The notes beneath the pieces are model-generated. The model saw only the letters and a list, made by a program, of their open reading frames with translations. It made no database searches and was not told where the DNA came from. Of a stretch of 64,000 nt of DNA, positions 29,836 through 38,191 are shown piece after piece (positions within the stretch are counted from its first letter, which is position 1; each line of letters begins with the position of its first letter). The translations under genes were made by a program, and so were the position numbers. The DNA is from Candidatus Woykebacteria bacterium (GTDB lineage: Bacteria > Patescibacteriota > Microgenomatia > Woykebacterales > RBG-16-39-9b). The DNA lies in contig JBBDPM010000004.1 of NCBI GenBank assembly GCA_040876345.1, positions 14,980-78,979 of the forward strand, written 5' to 3'.

Positions 29836-30204
29836 TTAGCTAGGTTTTCTAACCCCGGAGAAGGTGGCCATAAAAGTTTCTACGAATACGTCCGGATATC
29901 TTTCTCTGATTGTATCCTTTGCTTTTTGGAGGTTTTCCCGATGTCTTTCTAATGAGTTATCAGGTCCGTAGGCACCGCAATCTTCGTGATCAAAAATATA
30001 AACTGCTTCAGGCTGGTGAAGTTTAAAAGATATGTCAATACTACCCTCAATTTTATCAAAATTGAGCGAAGATCCCGGCACGGTAACTAAATCGTACTTA
30101 CCTTCCAACTTTTCATCTTGGGTAAGATAGTCTCTAACCTGGCTAATGAATCTGAAATCAATACAGGTGATAGCTAACGCCTCACAATTTTGGCTCTGTG
30201 ACAT
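29836..30204 (-). CDS. Hypothetical small protein with beta-carbonic-anhydrase-like CxDxR and HxxCG motifs, first gene of the atp operon
   Basis: CIDFR at residues 14-18 and HEDCG at 83-87. Ends 1 nt before the atpB start. Occupies the usual atpI position but is soluble. Confidence 0.35.
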   Translation of the reverse strand: MSQSQNCEALAITCIDFRFISQVRDYLTQDEKLEGKYDLVTVPGSSLNFDKIEGSIDISFKLHQPEAVYIFDHEDCGAYGPDNSLERHRENLQKAKDTIRERYPDVFVETFMATFSGVRKPS

Positions 30205-30237
30205 AACGGAGTATCATAGCAAAAGTGATCTAAGCCT

Positions 30238-30269
30238 GCAAGGGTTTTTTGATATTGAAAAACCCTTGC
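30238..30269. promoter_or_regulatory. Perfect 12 bp inverted repeat GCAAGGGTTTTT-tgatattg-AAAAACCCTTGC in the ~95 bp divergent intergenic region between the atp operon and gpmI
   Basis: Read directly. Both flanking genes start here, not end, so a terminator role is unlikely. Candidate operator. Confidence 0.45.
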
Positions 30270-30299
30270 CAAGAGCGCTATGATAGATATACACCCTTA

Positions 30300-31865
30300 A
30301 TGCCAATTTCATCTAATAAAGCAGCCAAACCCTTAATAATTATTATTCTAGACGGTTGGGGAGTGGCAGCGGAAAACTCCTCAAACGCAATTACACTCGC
30401 CCGCAAGCCAAATATGGACTCATATTACAGTAGCTTTCCCCACACCGAGCTTTTGGCAGCTGGTACCGCTGTCGGTTTGCCAACTGCAGAATCGGGAAAT
30501 TCCGAGGTTGGACATCTCAACTTAGGTGCTGGTAGGGTAGTTTATCAAGATCTTGAGAGAATAAACATGGCCATCGCCGATGGCTCTTTTCTTGAAAACG
30601 AAGTACTAAAGAGCGCAATTGAGCACGCTACAAAAAATAAATCCAAAGTTCATCTTCTCGGTTTAGTAGGCTCCGGGGCAGTCCATTCAAGCCTTGAGCA
30701 TTTATACGCCCTGCTTTGGCTTTTAAAGAGCTTAGGGGTGCCGCAGGCTTTTATGCACTTATTTACTGACGGCAGAGACTCACCCCCTTCTTCGGCCTTG
30801 AGGTTAGTTACAGAGTTATCTGGCAAATTAAAAGAAATTGGATACGGGGAAATTTCTTCAGTAAGTGGGCGGTATTACGCTATGGATAGAGACAATCGTT
30901 GGGAAAGAACAAGTGCTGTCTACAGGCGGATTGTTAACGGGGAAGGAAGGATTGCCCAAAGTGCCCCTCAGGTTATAGAAGACTCCTACAAGAATAAAAT
31001 CACTGATGAATTTGTTGAACCGACATTAGTAGCGGCTAAAGATAAGGGTCCTACAACAATCAAAGACAACGATGCCGTAATATTCTTTAATTTTAGACCT
31101 GATAGGGCAAGACAACTTACCAAGGCGATTGTTTCGCAAAACTTCCCCTACTTTGATAGAGGCCAAAAATTAAACAACGTTTTTTTTGTAACAATGACCG
31201 AATATGAAAAGGGTCTACCTTGCTCAGTCGCATTCCCGGCTCCCAAAGTGAACTTTCCGATAGCTCAAGTAATATCTGAGTCAGGTTTTCGTCAACTTCA
31301 TATTAGCGAGACTGAAAAATACGCTCACGTCACTTACTTTTTTAATGGTGGGGTTGAAGGACCTTTTGTCCAGGAAAACCGAATTCACCTACCATCCCCA
31401 AGGGTAGCCACTTACGACTTAAAACCAGAAATGTCAGCTGAACTCATCACCGACACTTTATTACAAAAATTAAGAGGGGAGCAGTATGACTTTTACGTAG
31501 TTAATTTTGCAAATGCCGATATGGTTGCTCATACCGGTTCTCTTGAAGCTACTATACAGGCTGTTGAATTTCTTGATAAATGTGTCGGTAGAATTGTTCT
31601 GGAAACTTTATCATTGGGAGGGGCGGTTGTAATTACCGGAGACCACGGTAATGCAGAGCAAATGAGAAATCTACTGACAGGTGAAGTTGATACTGAGCAC
31701 TCATCCAATCCCGTGCCCTTTTTAGCCCTAACCGAATCTTTGCGGAGAAGACCTGATAAACTCCAATCCGGAGTTCTAGCCGACATTGCGCCCACAATAC
31801 TGTTTTTACTCAAACTCCAAAAACCAAATGTAATGACCGGCCGAAATCTTCTAGCGCAGTACTAA
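30300..31865 (+). CDS. gpmI: 2,3-bisphosphoglycerate-independent phosphoglycerate mutase
   Basis: Start MPISSNKAAKPLIIIILDGWG at 30300. iPGM family pattern throughout. Confidence 0.9.
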   Translation: MPISSNKAAKPLIIIILDGWGVAAENSSNAITLARKPNMDSYYSSFPHTELLAAGTAVGLPTAESGNSEVGHLNLGAGRVVYQDLERINMAIADGSFLENEVLKSAIEHATKNKSKVHLLGLVGSGAVHSSLEHLYALLWLLKSLGVPQAFMHLFTDGRDSPPSSALRLVTELSGKLKEIGYGEISSVSGRYYAMDRDNRWERTSAVYRRIVNGEGRIAQSAPQVIEDSYKNKITDEFVEPTLVAAKDKGPTTIKDNDAVIFFNFRPDRARQLTKAIVSQNFPYFDRGQKLNNVFFVTMTEYEKGLPCSVAFPAPKVNFPIAQVISESGFRQLHISETEKYAHVTYFFNGGVEGPFVQENRIHLPSPRVATYDLKPEMSAELITDTLLQKLRGEQYDFYVVNFANADMVAHTGSLEATIQAVEFLDKCVGRIVLETLSLGGAVVITGDHGNAEQMRNLLTGEVDTEHSSNPVPFLALTESLRRRPDKLQSGVLADIAPTILFLLKLQKPNVMTGRNLLAQY

Positions 31866-32525
31866 AGTCATCTCTCCTTTAAGGGACCTGCCTTTAACCT
31901 GTTCGAAAACTTCCGGGACTTTCCCCTTCAATTTCTCCTCGTTTACTTTAGTAAGCTCACGCGCTAAAGCTAATTCACGCTCAGGGAAACTCGCATCTAA
32001 AATCTCCAAAGTAGTCAGGATTCGGTGGGGAGTTTCAAAGAAGACTACCGTAATTTTAAGATCCCTAACTAGAATACTAATTTTTTCAAGAAATTTATCC
32101 TGTTTACCCTTTTTCTTTGGGAAGTATCCAAGAAAAGCGAAAGAGTCAGTCGGAAGTCCTGATGCAGCCAAGGCTGCCAAAATTGCCGATGCCCCAGGGA
32201 TTGAAAACACGTTTATTTTCTCCTCATAACACCGGCGCACTAATTTAAACCCTGGGTCTGATAGAGTTGGTGTTCCTGCGTCCGAAATTAAGGCGACGTT
32301 TTGCCCACTTTTTAAAATGCCGATAATTTCATCTTCCCTTCGCAATTCATTGTGCTCATGGAAGCTAGATAGGGGCTTCTTAATTTCGAAATGTTTAAGC
32401 AAGACGCCAGCCCTGCGTGTGTCCTCCGCGAGAATTAAATCCACCTCTTTGAGAGTCTCCAAAGCTCTGAAAGTTATGTCCTGCAGATTACCGATCGGGG
32501 TGCCGACCAAGTAGAGATTACCCAT
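31851..32525 (-). CDS. rsmI: 16S rRNA (cytidine1402-2'-O)-methyltransferase
   Basis: N-terminus LYLVGTPIGNLQDITFRALETL and tetrapyrrole-methylase fold pattern. Confidence 0.85.
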   Translation of the reverse strand: MGNLYLVGTPIGNLQDITFRALETLKEVDLILAEDTRRAGVLLKHFEIKKPLSSFHEHNELRREDEIIGILKSGQNVALISDAGTPTLSDPGFKLVRRCYEEKINVFSIPGASAILAALAASGLPTDSFAFLGYFPKKKGKQDKFLEKISILVRDLKITVVFFETPHRILTTLEILDASFPERELALARELTKVNEEKLKGKVPEVFEQVKGRSLKGEMTLVLR

Positions 32526-32566
32526 ATTTGGTCATTATACAACCTTTATGATAGACTAATTATTTA

Positions 32567-33199
32567 GTGATATATTCAATACTTGAGACTATCACCAGCT
32601 TTGTCATAAACTTAATATCCACCTTTGGATATTTTGGTGTTTTCGCTGCCATGGCGATAGAATCTGCCTCAATTCCACTTCCCTCAGAAATAATAATGCC
32701 TTTTTCAGGATTTTTGGTAACTCAAGGTAAGTTTAATTTTTGGCTGTTAGTTTTAGTTGGGGCAGCTGGTAATTTGTTTGGTTCCTGGGTTATGTATTTT
32801 CTGGGTTATTGGGGTCAAGAGGTTGTAGTTCGGAGGCTAATAAGAGCCTGGGGTAAGTACGTTTTGGTATCAGAAAAAGAGCTTGATCAGGCAGAGAAGT
32901 GGTTCAATCGATTTGGCTCCTGGATTATTTTTTTCTCAAGAATTCTACCCGTGGTTCGTACTTTTATCTCCGTTCCCGCAGGGATTGCAAAGATAGATAT
33001 TGTGCGCTTTAGCATTCTAACTTTCTTAGGATCCTTCATTTGGTCCGCAGTTCTAGCCTACATAGGAGTTGTTTTAGGTGAGAATTGGCGAAATATCGAG
33101 CCCTTGTTTCGCCGTTTTGATATTCTGGTTGCAATTTTTATTATAATTTTAATTGGCTTTTTCCTTTACCATAAATCCAAGGAGTTTTCTAAACCCTAA
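32567..33199 (+). CDS. DedA-family (VTT domain) membrane protein
   Basis: GYFGVFAAMAIESASIPLPSE DedA motif. Confidence 0.8.
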   Translation: MIYSILETITSFVINLISTFGYFGVFAAMAIESASIPLPSEIIMPFSGFLVTQGKFNFWLLVLVGAAGNLFGSWVMYFLGYWGQEVVVRRLIRAWGKYVLVSEKELDQAEKWFNRFGSWIIFFSRILPVVRTFISVPAGIAKIDIVRFSILTFLGSFIWSAVLAYIGVVLGENWRNIEPLFRRFDILVAIFIIILIGFFLYHKSKEFSKP

Positions 33200-34455
33200 T
33201 GATTAAGAAGCTAAGAAAGTTTTTAAAAATAGTTGGACCAGGGGTAATCACCGGTGCATCTGATGATGACCCATCTGGTATTGCAACCTATTCTCAAGCT
33301 GGAGCCCAGGGTGGCTTTAGTATGCTCTGGACTGCTCCCTTAACATTTCCCCTAATGGCAGGGGTTCAAGAGATGTGCGCCAGAGTCGGTCTTGTTACCG
33401 GACACGGACTTTCCGGAGTTTTAAAAAAGCATTACCCCTCCTGGGTAGTTTATCTGCTTGCCGCCCTTGTTCTTTTCGCCAACACCATAAATATAGCCGC
33501 CGATATTGCCGGTATGGCCGCGGCCGCAAATCTTCTGATCCCAATCCCAAATTTTATTTTGGCTGTTTTTTTCTCAGGGGTAATAATTTGCCTGCTAATT
33601 TATGCTCCTTACCACCTGATAGCCAATTACTTGAAGTGGTTTACTCTGGCTCTTTTTGCCTACTTCATTGTCCCTTTTGCAATCAGGACAGACTGGTTAG
33701 ACGTCATTTACCATACAACCCTACCAAATATTAAGTTTGACTCTTTAACCATAACGTTGTTTGTGGCAATACTGGGTACCACAATCTCTCCATACCTTTT
33801 CTTCTGGCAAGCGTCGATGGAGGTTGAAAACAAGTTAGACGAGATAAAAGCAAAAGTTCTGAAGCGCTGGGTAGTTACAAAACACGAGGTCAGACTTATG
33901 GAGGAAGATGTTACCTTGGGGATGTTTTTTTCAAACATAACGATGTGGTTCATTATAATCGCCACTGCCGTCACTTTAGCGCCATCCGGAATAGTTAATA
34001 TTGAAACTGCTGAGCAAGCAGCCGCCGCCTTAAAACCAATAGCGGGGGATTTTGCCTCGCTTCTTTTTACTTTGGGAATTGTTGGAACAGGGTTTTTAGC
34101 AATACCAGTGCTTGCCGGATCTTCCTCCTACGTTCTTTCTGAGGCTTTTGGTTGGGAAGAAGGATTAAATAAACCGTTTCATAAAGCCAAGAAATTTTAC
34201 CTGGTGATAATTTTTTCAACAATTGTTGGGGCCTTAATAAACTTCATTGGCCTAAACCCCATTAAAATGCTTCTTTACACGGCCGTAATCTACGGGATAG
34301 TTTCACCACCGCTAATCTTAGTTATCTTACACATAGCCAACAACAAAAAAATAATGGGTGACTGGACAAATGGTAGGATTTCCAATTACTTGGGAATTTC
34401 TACTTTGTTTTTAATGTCTTTTGCGGCGGTTGCTTTCTTTGTAGTAAATTTGTAG
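33199..34455 (+). CDS. mntH: NRAMP-family divalent metal transporter
   Basis: GPGVITGASDDDPSGIATYSQAGA and MAG motifs. Confidence 0.85.
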   Translation: MIKKLRKFLKIVGPGVITGASDDDPSGIATYSQAGAQGGFSMLWTAPLTFPLMAGVQEMCARVGLVTGHGLSGVLKKHYPSWVVYLLAALVLFANTINIAADIAGMAAAANLLIPIPNFILAVFFSGVIICLLIYAPYHLIANYLKWFTLALFAYFIVPFAIRTDWLDVIYHTTLPNIKFDSLTITLFVAILGTTISPYLFFWQASMEVENKLDEIKAKVLKRWVVTKHEVRLMEEDVTLGMFFSNITMWFIIIATAVTLAPSGIVNIETAEQAAAALKPIAGDFASLLFTLGIVGTGFLAIPVLAGSSSYVLSEAFGWEEGLNKPFHKAKKFYLVIIFSTIVGALINFIGLNPIKMLLYTAVIYGIVSPPLILVILHIANNKKIMGDWTNGRISNYLGISTLFLMSFAAVAFFVVNL

Positions 34456-34459
34456 AAAT

Positions 34460-35077
34460 TTAGTGGTACTTTCTTATGACTCCAACTACCTTGCCTTGAA
34501 TTTTAACGTTCCTAGTAAGGATAGGATTCATTGAGGAATTTGCTGGCTCAAGACGCACGTGATCAATTTCTCTAAAATATCTTTTTAAAGTAGCAAATGA
34601 GTCGTTTAGCAAAGCTACAACAATATCTCCGTTTTGCGCATCTTCCTGTTGCTCAATTACTACGAAGTCACCATCCAAAATTGCTGCTTCCACCATGGAG
34701 TTTCCTTTGACTTGGAGAACATAGCAGCGCTTATTACCAACCATGTCTGGTGGAATCATTACCGAGGAGGTGTGATCCTCAATTGCTTCTATTGGAGAGC
34801 CAGCTGCAATTCTGCCTACCAATGGGAGCTCGACTGCCGATGGTACCCAGCCAATCGCTCTTTGATCCACTACTTCAATTCCGCGGCGTACCCCATCTGT
34901 TTTTTTAAGCACCCCCTTAGCCATTAAGTTTTGGATGTGCTCGTGCACAGTAGCGGGAGAGCGAAGGCCCAGACCATCACAAATTTCGGCCAAAGTTGGG
35001 GCATAGCCATGCTTTTGCATAAACTGCGAAACAAATTGTAGTAAGTCTCTTTGTCGTTTGTAAATTACTGGGGCCAT
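34460..35077 (-). CDS. lexA: LexA repressor
   Basis: N-terminal winged HTH, C-terminal S24 peptidase with GNSM and the catalytic Ser/Lys region. Confidence 0.9.
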   Translation of the reverse strand: MAPVIYKRQRDLLQFVSQFMQKHGYAPTLAEICDGLGLRSPATVHEHIQNLMAKGVLKKTDGVRRGIEVVDQRAIGWVPSAVELPLVGRIAAGSPIEAIEDHTSSVMIPPDMVGNKRCYVLQVKGNSMVEAAILDGDFVVIEQQEDAQNGDIVVALLNDSFATLKRYFREIDHVRLEPANSSMNPILTRNVKIQGKVVGVIRKYH

Positions 35078-35233
35078 ATGAGTTTTTATTTAAATTATAA
35101 ACTAGAAGACGAGCAGGTTTTGTTAGAACTACTTCGTCTAATTTCTGGATTAATTATCGCCCTATTTTCGGGGTTGGTCAAGAGAGTCAAAATGGGTAAA
35201 AAAGGGTCAGATATGGTCAGTTGAAATATATCC

Positions 35234-35261
35234 TTGACGTAAAGCTCGTTTGGTATATAAT
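35234..35261 (+). promoter_or_regulatory. Strong sigma70-like promoter (TTGACG, 16 bp spacer, TATAAT)
   Basis: -35 at 35234-35239, -10 at 35256-35261. Fires into the GC-rich ORF-less region upstream of uvrB. Confidence 0.55.
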
Positions 35262-35269
35262 AATTTTGG

Positions 35270-35700
35270 AATTGCGGGTTTTCCTAGTTCGTGTAGGGAA
35301 GCAGGCCCACCACCTTAACTTCCCGCCTGCAATGACCTGGACCGCTCCAAAGCCTCCCTGCCGAGGAGCGGACAGAGAGATCTCAGAGCGAAAGCTCTGT
35401 TTTCTTGTAGAGCGCCAAATTAGCGCTCACAACTAATTTTGTGGATCTGGGTCACGCCCTTCCCGTACACCAGTGTGGCCTGGGGAAGCGTGCAGGAGTT
35501 TGTCGGCCTGTGGCCTACTCCTGCCACGAAATTTCCATGGAAAGCGCTAACCACGCGCCATCCATTTAGGCTGTCTTCTGGTCTCGTGTGCTGGTACGTC
35601 CCTCCTCCAGGACGAACACCGCACGCGGGAATCAGAATGATCGCTACGGGCCCAAGTTGAGCGCTCCTCACCGAGAATCTCTTGGGCCCTAACCCTTTAG
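35270..35700 (+). ncRNA. Candidate structured ncRNA or long structured leader of unknown class (GC-rich island)
   Basis: About 430 nt, much more GC-rich than its surroundings. Only short overlapping ORFs on both strands. Many local hairpins: gcaggc/gcctgc, ccgctcc/ggagcgg, cagagc-GAAA-gctctg, gagcgc/gcgctc, and a 9 bp closing-type helix GGGCCCAAG...CTTGGGCCC at the 3' end. Lies downstream of the promoter above. Confidence 0.4.
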
Positions 35701-35775
35701 GTTATTCACTTTTCCTAGAATGCTTATTACTCGAGGTCTTTAATACTTCAACTTCTTAAGTTAGAATCTAGATTT

Positions 35776-37800
35776 ATGAACAAGTTTAAACTAAAGTCCC
35801 CCTGGCCGCCGACGGGTGATCAACCAGTGGCGATAGAAAAGCTAGTCAAGGGGCTTCAGGAGGGCTTTAAACACCAAGTTTTGCTGGGCGCCACTGGGAC
35901 CGGTAAGACTTTTACCATGGCCAATGTTGTGGCCCAGATTAACAAACCAACTCTGTTAATCGCTCATAATAAGACTTTAGCAGCCCAACTTGCTTCTGAG
36001 TTTCGTGAATTTTTCCCCGAAAATGCTGTCGAATATTTTGTAAGCTATTACGATTACTACCAACCAGAAGCGTATGTCCCGCAGATTGACTTATACATCG
36101 AAAAAGACGCCGATATTAATGAAGAAATAGATAGGCTTAGACTGGCAGCTACAAAAGCTTTAATGACTAGAAGTGATGTCCTAATCGTTGCATCAGTTTC
36201 TTGTATTTACAATATTGGCTCGCCAGAGGCTTACAAAGAGAGCGTTTTAACGCTTTTCAAAGGCCAAAAAATCTTGGTTAAAGAAATCTTGGCAAGGCTC
36301 GTAGAAATCCAGTACGAGAGAAATGATCTTGATCTGAAAAGGGGAAAATTTAGAGTGAAGGGGGACACGGTGGAAATTTACCCTGCCTATGAGGAGTTTG
36401 TGGTAAGAGTAAGTTTCCTTGGAGATTCGATTGAGAAGATTGAAAAGCTAGACCCGACAAGCTTCGATAATCAAGAAGCTCTTGAAGAGATAGTTGTTTT
36501 CCCAGCCCGCCATTACGTAATGCCTCGTCAAAACCTCGAAGATCCACTTTCTCAAATTAGAAATGATCTTGATGGCAGACTAAAATATCTAAAAAAAGAA
36601 AACAGGGTAGTTGAAGCAAAAAGACTGGAAGCCCGCACCAAATTTGACCTTGAACAACTTGAGCAGCTCGGTTTTGTAAAGGGAATAGAGAATTATTCAC
36701 GCTATTTTGACGGTCGTGAGGCTGGAGAACCACCATACACCCTGATTGATTATTTTCCCAAGGACTATCTTTTAATTATTGATGAATCCCACATGAGTGT
36801 GCCGCAAATAAAGGCGATGTGGCACGGGGAACGAGCTCGAAAGAATGTCCTGATTGATAACGGCTTTAGACTACCTAGTGCAATGGATAACCGGCCTTTA
36901 ACTTTTGAAGAATTTTCCCGGAAAGTAAATCAAGTGGTTTACACTTCTGCGACCCCAAGCGTCTATGAAACTTCTCTTGCGGAGAGAGTTGTTGAACAAG
37001 TAATAAGGCCGACTGGTATTGTTGATCCCCAGATTGAGGTAAGAAAAACAAAGGGACAAATTCAGGATTTGATTGAGGAAATACAAAAACGAGTTAAAAA
37101 GGGTCAACGAGTCTTAGTTACCACGCTAACGAAACACATGGCTGAGGACCTTACTGAGTTTTTAGCTGAACGCGAGATAAAAGTGATGTACATTCACTAC
37201 CAAGTGGATACTTTGCAAAGAATAGACATCCTGCGGGATTTAAGAAAGGGAATTTATGACGTACTGGTCGGAATAAATCTACTTCGAGAAGGATTGGACC
37301 TTCCCGAAGTTTCCTTGGTCGCAATACTAGATGCCGATAAAGAAGGTTTCTTGCGGTCTCAAACGAGTTTGATTCAAACAACTGGCAGAGCTGCCCGTCA
37401 CATTGAGGGTAGAGTGATAATGTATGCCGATAACATCACTGGCTCCATGAAAGCGGCAATTGCGGAGACTAATCGTCGGCGCAACGTTCAAATCTCGTAT
37501 AACAAAAAGCACAATATCACACCTGCCACAATTCAGAAAGCGATTCATGATATTGGTGAGAGGCTAGCTGAACTTCAGCCAGAAGTAACAACGGTCGAAG
37601 AGCTTGATTTCACTAAGATTCCTAAAACTGAAATAAAAAGGTTGTCGAAAGATTTGGAATCTGAGATGAAGCTAGCTGCCGAAAACCTCGAGTTCGAGCG
37701 CGCAGCCTTACTTCGTGATCAATTTTTAGAGCTAAAAAACCAAAATTTGGTAATTCCCAAAACAATAACAACTAAAGAAGCAAGAAAAATTAAAATGTAG
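35776..37800 (+). CDS. uvrB: Excinuclease ABC subunit B
   Basis: GATGTGKT helicase motif I, beta-hairpin region, C-terminal UVR domain. Confidence 0.95.
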   Translation: MNKFKLKSPWPPTGDQPVAIEKLVKGLQEGFKHQVLLGATGTGKTFTMANVVAQINKPTLLIAHNKTLAAQLASEFREFFPENAVEYFVSYYDYYQPEAYVPQIDLYIEKDADINEEIDRLRLAATKALMTRSDVLIVASVSCIYNIGSPEAYKESVLTLFKGQKILVKEILARLVEIQYERNDLDLKRGKFRVKGDTVEIYPAYEEFVVRVSFLGDSIEKIEKLDPTSFDNQEALEEIVVFPARHYVMPRQNLEDPLSQIRNDLDGRLKYLKKENRVVEAKRLEARTKFDLEQLEQLGFVKGIENYSRYFDGREAGEPPYTLIDYFPKDYLLIIDESHMSVPQIKAMWHGERARKNVLIDNGFRLPSAMDNRPLTFEEFSRKVNQVVYTSATPSVYETSLAERVVEQVIRPTGIVDPQIEVRKTKGQIQDLIEEIQKRVKKGQRVLVTTLTKHMAEDLTEFLAEREIKVMYIHYQVDTLQRIDILRDLRKGIYDVLVGINLLREGLDLPEVSLVAILDADKEGFLRSQTSLIQTTGRAARHIEGRVIMYADNITGSMKAAIAETNRRRNVQISYNKKHNITPATIQKAIHDIGERLAELQPEVTTVEELDFTKIPKTEIKRLSKDLESEMKLAAENLEFERAALLRDQFLELKNQNLVIPKTITTKEARKIKM

Positions 37801-38130
37801 GTGGTGGAGCCAAGTTCGCCGTGTCAACGACGGGGGCGGAAACTCAACCCCACCTGAACTGTTGTCAACCTAGTTGACTCAACGACCATCCTCAACCTTC
37901 ACTCCTAGACTGATGGACGCGATGTTGGTCCGAAGAACCTGGAACCATGGACGGCGTGCGATCATCAGCAGCTCTGGTCAAGACAGGAACGCTTCGGCTT
38001 AATCTATACCAGCTCCTCTTGGTCAGGCAAGGTGCCGTGGTAGGGACTATCCTACAGAGGGTGATCCTCACCGCACCTAGTTTCGACTCACTTCTAATTA
38101 GTTGCATTTTAAACTTTAATATTGCGAGTT
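37801..38130. other. GC-rich structured intergenic element between uvrB and uvrA; contains the palindrome GTCAAC-cta-GTTGAC at 37864-37878
   Basis: ORF-poor and GC-rich. Multiple stems, for example GGTGGTGG...CCCCACC at the 5' edge. Confidence 0.35.
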
Positions 38131-38191
38131 GTTGTAAAAATTTGCGAAAGAGACTATACTTTTACGCTACGCTATTTCAGTAATCACGATC

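Noticed and set aside
35270-35700. RNase P RNA, tmRNA or SRP RNA identity for the lexA-uvrB GC-rich element
   Set aside because: I could not find the P4 GGAAAGUCCGG / ACAGAA.CCGGCUUA motifs, a tmRNA UUCGAC ... CCACCA frame with a tag ORF ending in A-A, or the SRP domain IV GGAAGCAGC motif on either strand. It is left as an unclassified structured element.
37801-38130. tmRNA on the minus strand, suggested by the 3' end ...GGCUCCACCACC and UCGAAAC near the 5' end
   Set aside because: There is no convincing T-arm (GGUUCGAnUCC) before the CCA-like end and no tag-peptide reading frame. The similarity is too weak.
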